A DNA stretch of 61,388 bases, filler included, from Malassezia furfur (lineage: Eukaryota), in assembly GCA_052055015.1 (NCBI GenBank). It is 2 parts of 2 records of this genome, joined end to end, with 100 filler letters (N's around TTAATTAATTAA, not from the genome) between each part and the next. Parts side by side here need not be neighbours in the genome. Positions count along the whole stretch, not along the records: positions 30,828 to 61,388 come from JBQJIT010000099.1; 1 more part is not named here. One strand, written 5' to 3'. Position 1 is the first letter of the stretch. Every line of letters starts with the position of its first letter. Of the stretch, positions 56,601 through 61,388 are shown one piece after another. The notes under the pieces were generated by a model. It made no database searches and was not told where the DNA came from. It worked only from the letters and a program-made list of their open reading frames with translations. A program made the position numbers and the translations under genes.

Positions 56601-58037
56601 GCCTCAGCAGTTTCCTCCGCATCGGCGTCAGAGACCTCGGAGTCATCTTCCTCCTCCTCCTTTTCGTCGTCGTCGTCCTCCTCCTCTTCGTCATCGTCCG
56701 AGTCAACGACTTCTTCCTGTTTCTCGTCGTCATCCTCCTCCTCTTCGTCATCGTCCGAGTCAACGACTTCTTCCTGTTTCTCGTCGTCATCCTCCTCATC
56801 TTCCTCATCTTCTCCGTCCCCCGTCTCTTGGTCTTCACTGTCGACGTCGCTCTCTTCCGTACTCTCGTCGGAATTTGAATCTGCTGCCTTCTTCTTCCCC
56901 TTACTCCTAGGAGCTTCGAAGGCGGCATCATCGGGAAGCATGCCGCGCAGGCGCATCGCATGCAGTAACACGGCTTCCTCCTCCTCATCCGTCTCTTCCT
57001 CTTCTGAAATAAGCTCATCGGTAGCGACCGATTCGTCGCTGTCCATAGCCTCATCGGCTTCCGGCCGCTTCCACGCACGTTCGGCAGCGACCCGTTTCCG
57101 CGACTCTTCGATGGCCTTGTCCACATCGTACATGTGCACGCTCTCGTCGTGGTCATCGCTGTCGTTGTCGCTGTCGTCGGTGTCGTCGCTGCTGCCTTCA
57201 TCGCTGTCACCGCTGTCGCTGTCACTGCGCGGTGCCTTGCCCATGCGTCCGTACCGAATACGGTCCTGTACAGACAAATTCACCTTGCTCTGTGGCCCCG
57301 TCCGCTTGCGCTTGCGCACGATTGGCGCGACCGGCTGACCGTCGGGGCCCATGGCGAGCGCCGAGCCGACGGCCGGCGCAGCGGCCGGCGCCGTCTCCGT
57401 CGATGGCGTATCAAAGCGGCGCGCGGCCTCAACGATGCGCGAATGCCGTGCATCGGCTTCTTCTTGCGTGGGGAGTTCGGGCTGCTCCGGCTCGTCGATG
57501 AGCTCGCGCTCGAGCTCCTCAGTGTCGGGCGCCGCATCGAGGTCCTCGTCCTCGTCGTCTTCTTCCACCTGGAAGGCGCCACGTTTGGAGGAGGAGTGTG
57601 CTCCTAGCATCTTTTGCACTCGCTCCGCCTCGCGTGCAGCGCGGCCCGTGCCGAGCGTGGCGGCGCTCACCAGCTCGGTGCGGTCGCGAATGTCGGCAGA
57701 CGAGTGCGCGAGCTTCTCCAGGAGCCGCGCCTTTTCCTCCTTGCGCAATTTGGCCTCAATGTACTTGTCAAGCCTGCGCTTCTTCTTGTTGTTGATACGT
57801 GTGCTTTCGTCGTTGCCGCCTTCGCGCAGGAGCTGGGTGAGTGCGTCAACGTACCTCGCGGCGACGCCGGTCGGCTTCAGCGAGCGCAGCGCGCGTCGCA
57901 TCATCCATGATGAGCGCATTGCTGTTCGCCTCTTGGTCGGCGATGCGCTCACGCATCGACTTCTTGCCCTTGTGCGAGCCGCCAACGCTCGACTGGCGCG
58001 CCTTGGCATTGAACCGCTCGCGCCGCTTTGGCCGCAT
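53613..58037 (-). CDS. DHR1: DEAH helicase Dhr1/Ecm16 (DHX37)
   Basis: RERFNAKAR start, GETGSGKTTQ, DEAH, MSATL, QRAGRAGRTGPG. Introns 57854-57833 and 56115-56093. Confidence 0.93.
56676..56789 (-). repeat. Exact 57-nt tandem duplication in the DHR1 acidic region
   Basis: Two identical units, 56676-56732 and 56733-56789, each encoding DDEKQEEVVDSDDDEEEED. Confidence 0.9.
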
Positions 58038-58106
58038 GGTGCGAGGTGGAGGCCACTTTTTTTCGCGCACGGCTTAGTCACCGGGGTTCGTGGTGCGCTA
58101 CGCTGG

Positions 58107-59200
58107 CTATATGGGGGGCACAAAGTCATTGATGCGGTCGCGCGCGTTCTGCGCGATACACTCGGCGATCCAGCAAATCGAGCGGATTTCCTGCTCTTTG
58201 AGTTTGAGCCAGGAGTAGAAAATGCCGTACTCGAACTGGTTCATCGTCAAAAGACGGTTCACTGCGGTCAGTGCTGCATCGACGTACTCTCCACCTCCAA
58301 CTCGAACATCTTGTCCTCAAGCATGTCGGCGTTCACCTCCCCGCCCGCCGACATGTTACTCCCGTTGTTGTCCTCAAACAGACGGCGGTATTCCGGCACG
58401 GACTCGACGATCGCCTTGACCTGGTCGAGTTCGTCGGCCTTGGCGAGCGCGTTGTTCCCCGCAGGGTACAGCTTGCCGATCGTCGGGAAGAGGCGCGCGC
58501 GCTCCGTCTTGCTCAGCGACGTGCCGAACGAGTTGATGGTGATATTAATCGTGCGGCGATCCGCCTCGAACGCCAGCAGTTCGCCCATGCTCTCGGCGGT
58601 CGTGGCGTTGAGTGTCTGTGTGAACTGGTAAAAGTCTTCCAGGTAAGCCTTGTACAGCTTGTTGCGAATGATCTCGATGTTGAGATCGTCCAGCTCCGAC
58701 GCCGAGAGACAGTCACGGAAGTAGGCGGAGAGCGGCGTCTCGACGAGCACGGTGCGATACAGCTCCTCGACGCTCGTTGCGACACACAGCGCCGGAAGCG
58801 TGTCGAACCACCCCAGCGGGTGGCACCGATCGAGCAGCTCGTGCGTGTCGCGGCCATGGAGAGTGCCCGTAATCAGGAGGATGACGTTGTCGATCATGTA
58901 CGAGTAGGTGAGATAGTCGAGGAACTTGCTCAGCGGCGCGGTCGAGTTCGTGCGCAAGTACTCAAACTCACTCACGAGCCGCTGCGTTGCGCGGTTCGCG
59001 ATTGCCGACGTGCTCAGCGGCGACGGCTCGTTCGCGAGGAAGTTGCCGTAATCCGTCGCGGAGAGCTGCATGCGCATGTCGTCCAGCGTCTCGCACTGCG
59101 TCAGCGCCTGGTAGTTGGGTCCAGTAAGCATCGAGTTGCGGTACCCGCGCACGATCCCCTCTAGGAAGCCGCCATTGATGTTGAACGTGAGCGCCTCCAT
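58107..59200 (-). CDS. VMA6: V-ATPase V0 subunit d
   Basis: MEALTFNINGGFLEGIVRGY, CHPLG, FEADRR, LKLKEQEIR..WIAECIAQ. 26-nt intron 58287-58262. Confidence 0.95.
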
Positions 59201-59287
59201 GCTTGCCCGTCGCTCCCGGCAAGGTGGAGCGACTGCGCGCTGCCCGCTCAAGCACGTGGACTCGGCCGAAACGCGTCGCCTCCTGCG

Positions 59288-61388
59288 ATGGTGTTCATTG
59301 TGAAGCTGCCGGCGCGCAGCGCGTCGCAGCGCCCGCTGCGGACCGACGACGGAGACCAGGCACTCTCTGGTGCGAAGGAAATGCAGGTTGGTACAGAAGA
59401 TATGCCGCGTGCGGCGCCGCCCGTGTCCGTCGCGACATGGGCGGCCCAACCTACCGCTCCGCCCGTCGCACAGACCGGCGGCGATTTACGCGCGGCCGAC
59501 GCGCCGTCGACGCCGCCCACGGTACACGACACCGTGCCCAAGCATGACGATGCGCCAATGACGCGTACTCAGCCTGCGCAATGCGCACTCGATATCCTTC
59601 TTGCGCCGTCAGTGCTCCGGCACCGCTATGTGCGCGGCGTCGACAAGTCAAGCATTGTCGAGCGCCCCGAGCGTATTCGTGCGGTGCTGCTCGGCATCGC
59701 AGGTGCCTATGGACTGTACGAAGCGATGCCCAAGGCCGCCAAGGCGGAGACCCCCGACGATCTCGCGTCGATGCTGTCTGGCATGGACATGAACAAGGAG
59801 CGGCCGACGGAGTCGCCGGCGATGCGCGCGTTCGTGAGCAGGCGAAGCGTTGCACTCGACGACACGGAGCCCGCACTCGCCTACGTGCATGCGCACGAGC
59901 CTGCCGCATACGGTACCGCGACGCAATACACGCCCGACTCCGTCGCCCACGGTACGACGCACCTCGCGCGCCTCGTCCAGCTGGGCGCGCAGGCGCCCAA
60001 TGCCGCACCGGACCGCGTGCAGCATCGTGCGGCTGCGGGCTCCGACGACTCGTCGAGCGATGGCGAGGGCGACGTGCGCATGCACCCTAGCGAGGTGCCC
60101 GAGCAGCTTCCGCAGGGCGACCTGTACCTGTGTGGACCGCACGCGGCAGGTGCCCAAGATACCCACGACGGCGGCTCGCGCGAGGCAATTAGCCACGCGC
60201 TCGGCGCGGCGATCGATGCGGTCGACCGCGTGGTGGCCGGCGCGCAGGCTGCGCCGCCGGTGCGCACCGACCTCGAGCTGCGTCCGCTCGCGGCGGCCGC
60301 AGCGCTCGCGACGGACGCGGCTGGCGTTGCCGCCGCACACGCGAGCGAGCATATACCCGCGCGACGTGCGTTTGTGCTCTCGCGCCCGCCCGGCCACCAC
60401 TGTAGCGGCGCGCAGCCACAAGGGTTCTGCTGGGTGAACAATGCCGTGGTCGCCGCGGCGCATGCGCATGCGGCGCACGGCATCGACCGCGTGGTGGTGC
60501 TCGACATCGACCTGCACCACGGCAACGGCACGCAGTCGCTCGCGTGGCGGATCAACGCTGAGGCGGTCAAGGCGGACGCCGACCGCGCTGCGCGCCTCGC
60601 CGCGCACCGCCGCGCGACGCGCGGGCGCAAGCAGGAGCGGCGTGAAACGTACGAGCAGCTGTGCGAGGACGAGACGCTGGTCGGCCGCCGTGCGTTGCAG
60701 ATTTGCTACACGAGCCTGCACGACATTGACAGTTTCCCGTGTGAGGACGGGGACGCGGAGTACGTGCGCAACGCGAGTGTGTGCCTCGCCGGGGCGCACG
60801 GGCAGTGGATTTGGAATGGTACGTTGCGCCCGAGGATGAGACGATGTCTAGTAAAAGGTCCGACGGAGCCGCGCGAGCCGCGTGCACCGCGTGACGAGGA
60901 CGCGACGCGGAGGGCTTCCTTCCAGGAGCAGGCTAACCCCAGTGCACCTCGCGACGCACCGCGACGACGCCGAGTTCGACCGGCTCTACACGGAGAAATA
61001 TGCGGCGATCCTCGCCAAGGCGCGCGAGTTCGCGCGTGCGACACACGCCCATGCGCCGCGCACGCTTGTACTGATCTCGTGTGGCTTTGACGCATGCACC
61101 TACGAGTACCCCGGGATGCAGCGGCACGGCAAGCACGTCCCGCCCGCATTCTACGCGCGGTTTGCGCGTGACGCCGCGCAGCTTGCCGACGAGATCGCCG
61201 ACGGGAAGCTCGTGAGCCTGCTCGAGGGCGGCTACTCGGACCGCGCGCTGACCAGCGGCGCGCTCGCACACGTCGGCGCGCTCGCAGGACTCGACGGCAT
61301 GCAGCACGAGCCGCGCCCCTGGAGCTTGGACCACTTGGCGCAGCTCGAGCGCATGGCCAAGCGCGTCGGCGCCGCAGGTGCCGCCGCG
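59288..61388 (+). CDS. HOS3: Histone deacetylase Hos3-like, 3'-partial
   Basis: ERPERIRA, QGDLYLC, RPPGHH, GFCWVNN, DIDLHHGNGTQ, SCGFDA, LEGGY. 124-nt intron 60819-60942 restores WNVHL. Confidence 0.9.
60828..60915 (+). ncRNA. Intronic box C/D guide RNA (sno/scaRNA) with antisense element to U5 snRNA loop 1
   Basis: Terminal stem GCCC/GGGC. Box C AGGATGA 60833-39, guide TCTAGTAAAAGGT 60847-59, D' CCGA 60860-63, C' GTGACGA 60891-97, D CGGA 60908-11. Confidence 0.75.

Overview
Gene-dense, GC-rich fungal (basidiomycete) nuclear DNA, most likely Malassezia and close to M. furfur: the mitochondrial malate dehydrogenase resembles allergen Mala f 4 from memory, not from a search. I can support about 38 protein-coding genes, mostly housekeeping. 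Several are invisible or mis-joined in the ORF track because they are split by very short spliceosomal introns (DAD1, an FTS/AKTIP-like UBC-variant gene, YOS1, an acyl-CoA thioesterase, an HNH-type gene). By hand I delimited 61 introns of 21-35 nt, with a sharp floor at 21 nt and the branch A no closer than position 16 where I checked it. The one clearly long intron (124 nt, in HOS3) holds a well-formed box C/D guide RNA whose antisense element matches U5 snRNA loop 1 and predicts 2'-O-methylation of the U41 equivalent. Other points of note: CACGTG in 10 of 12 tiny divergent promoters, a phage-type ATP-dependent DNA ligase with a mitochondrial-like presequence, a broad low-GC trough at about 38-52 kb, and an artificial N-gap linker at 30.7-30.8 kb. 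All calls are by motif recognition only; no searches were run.
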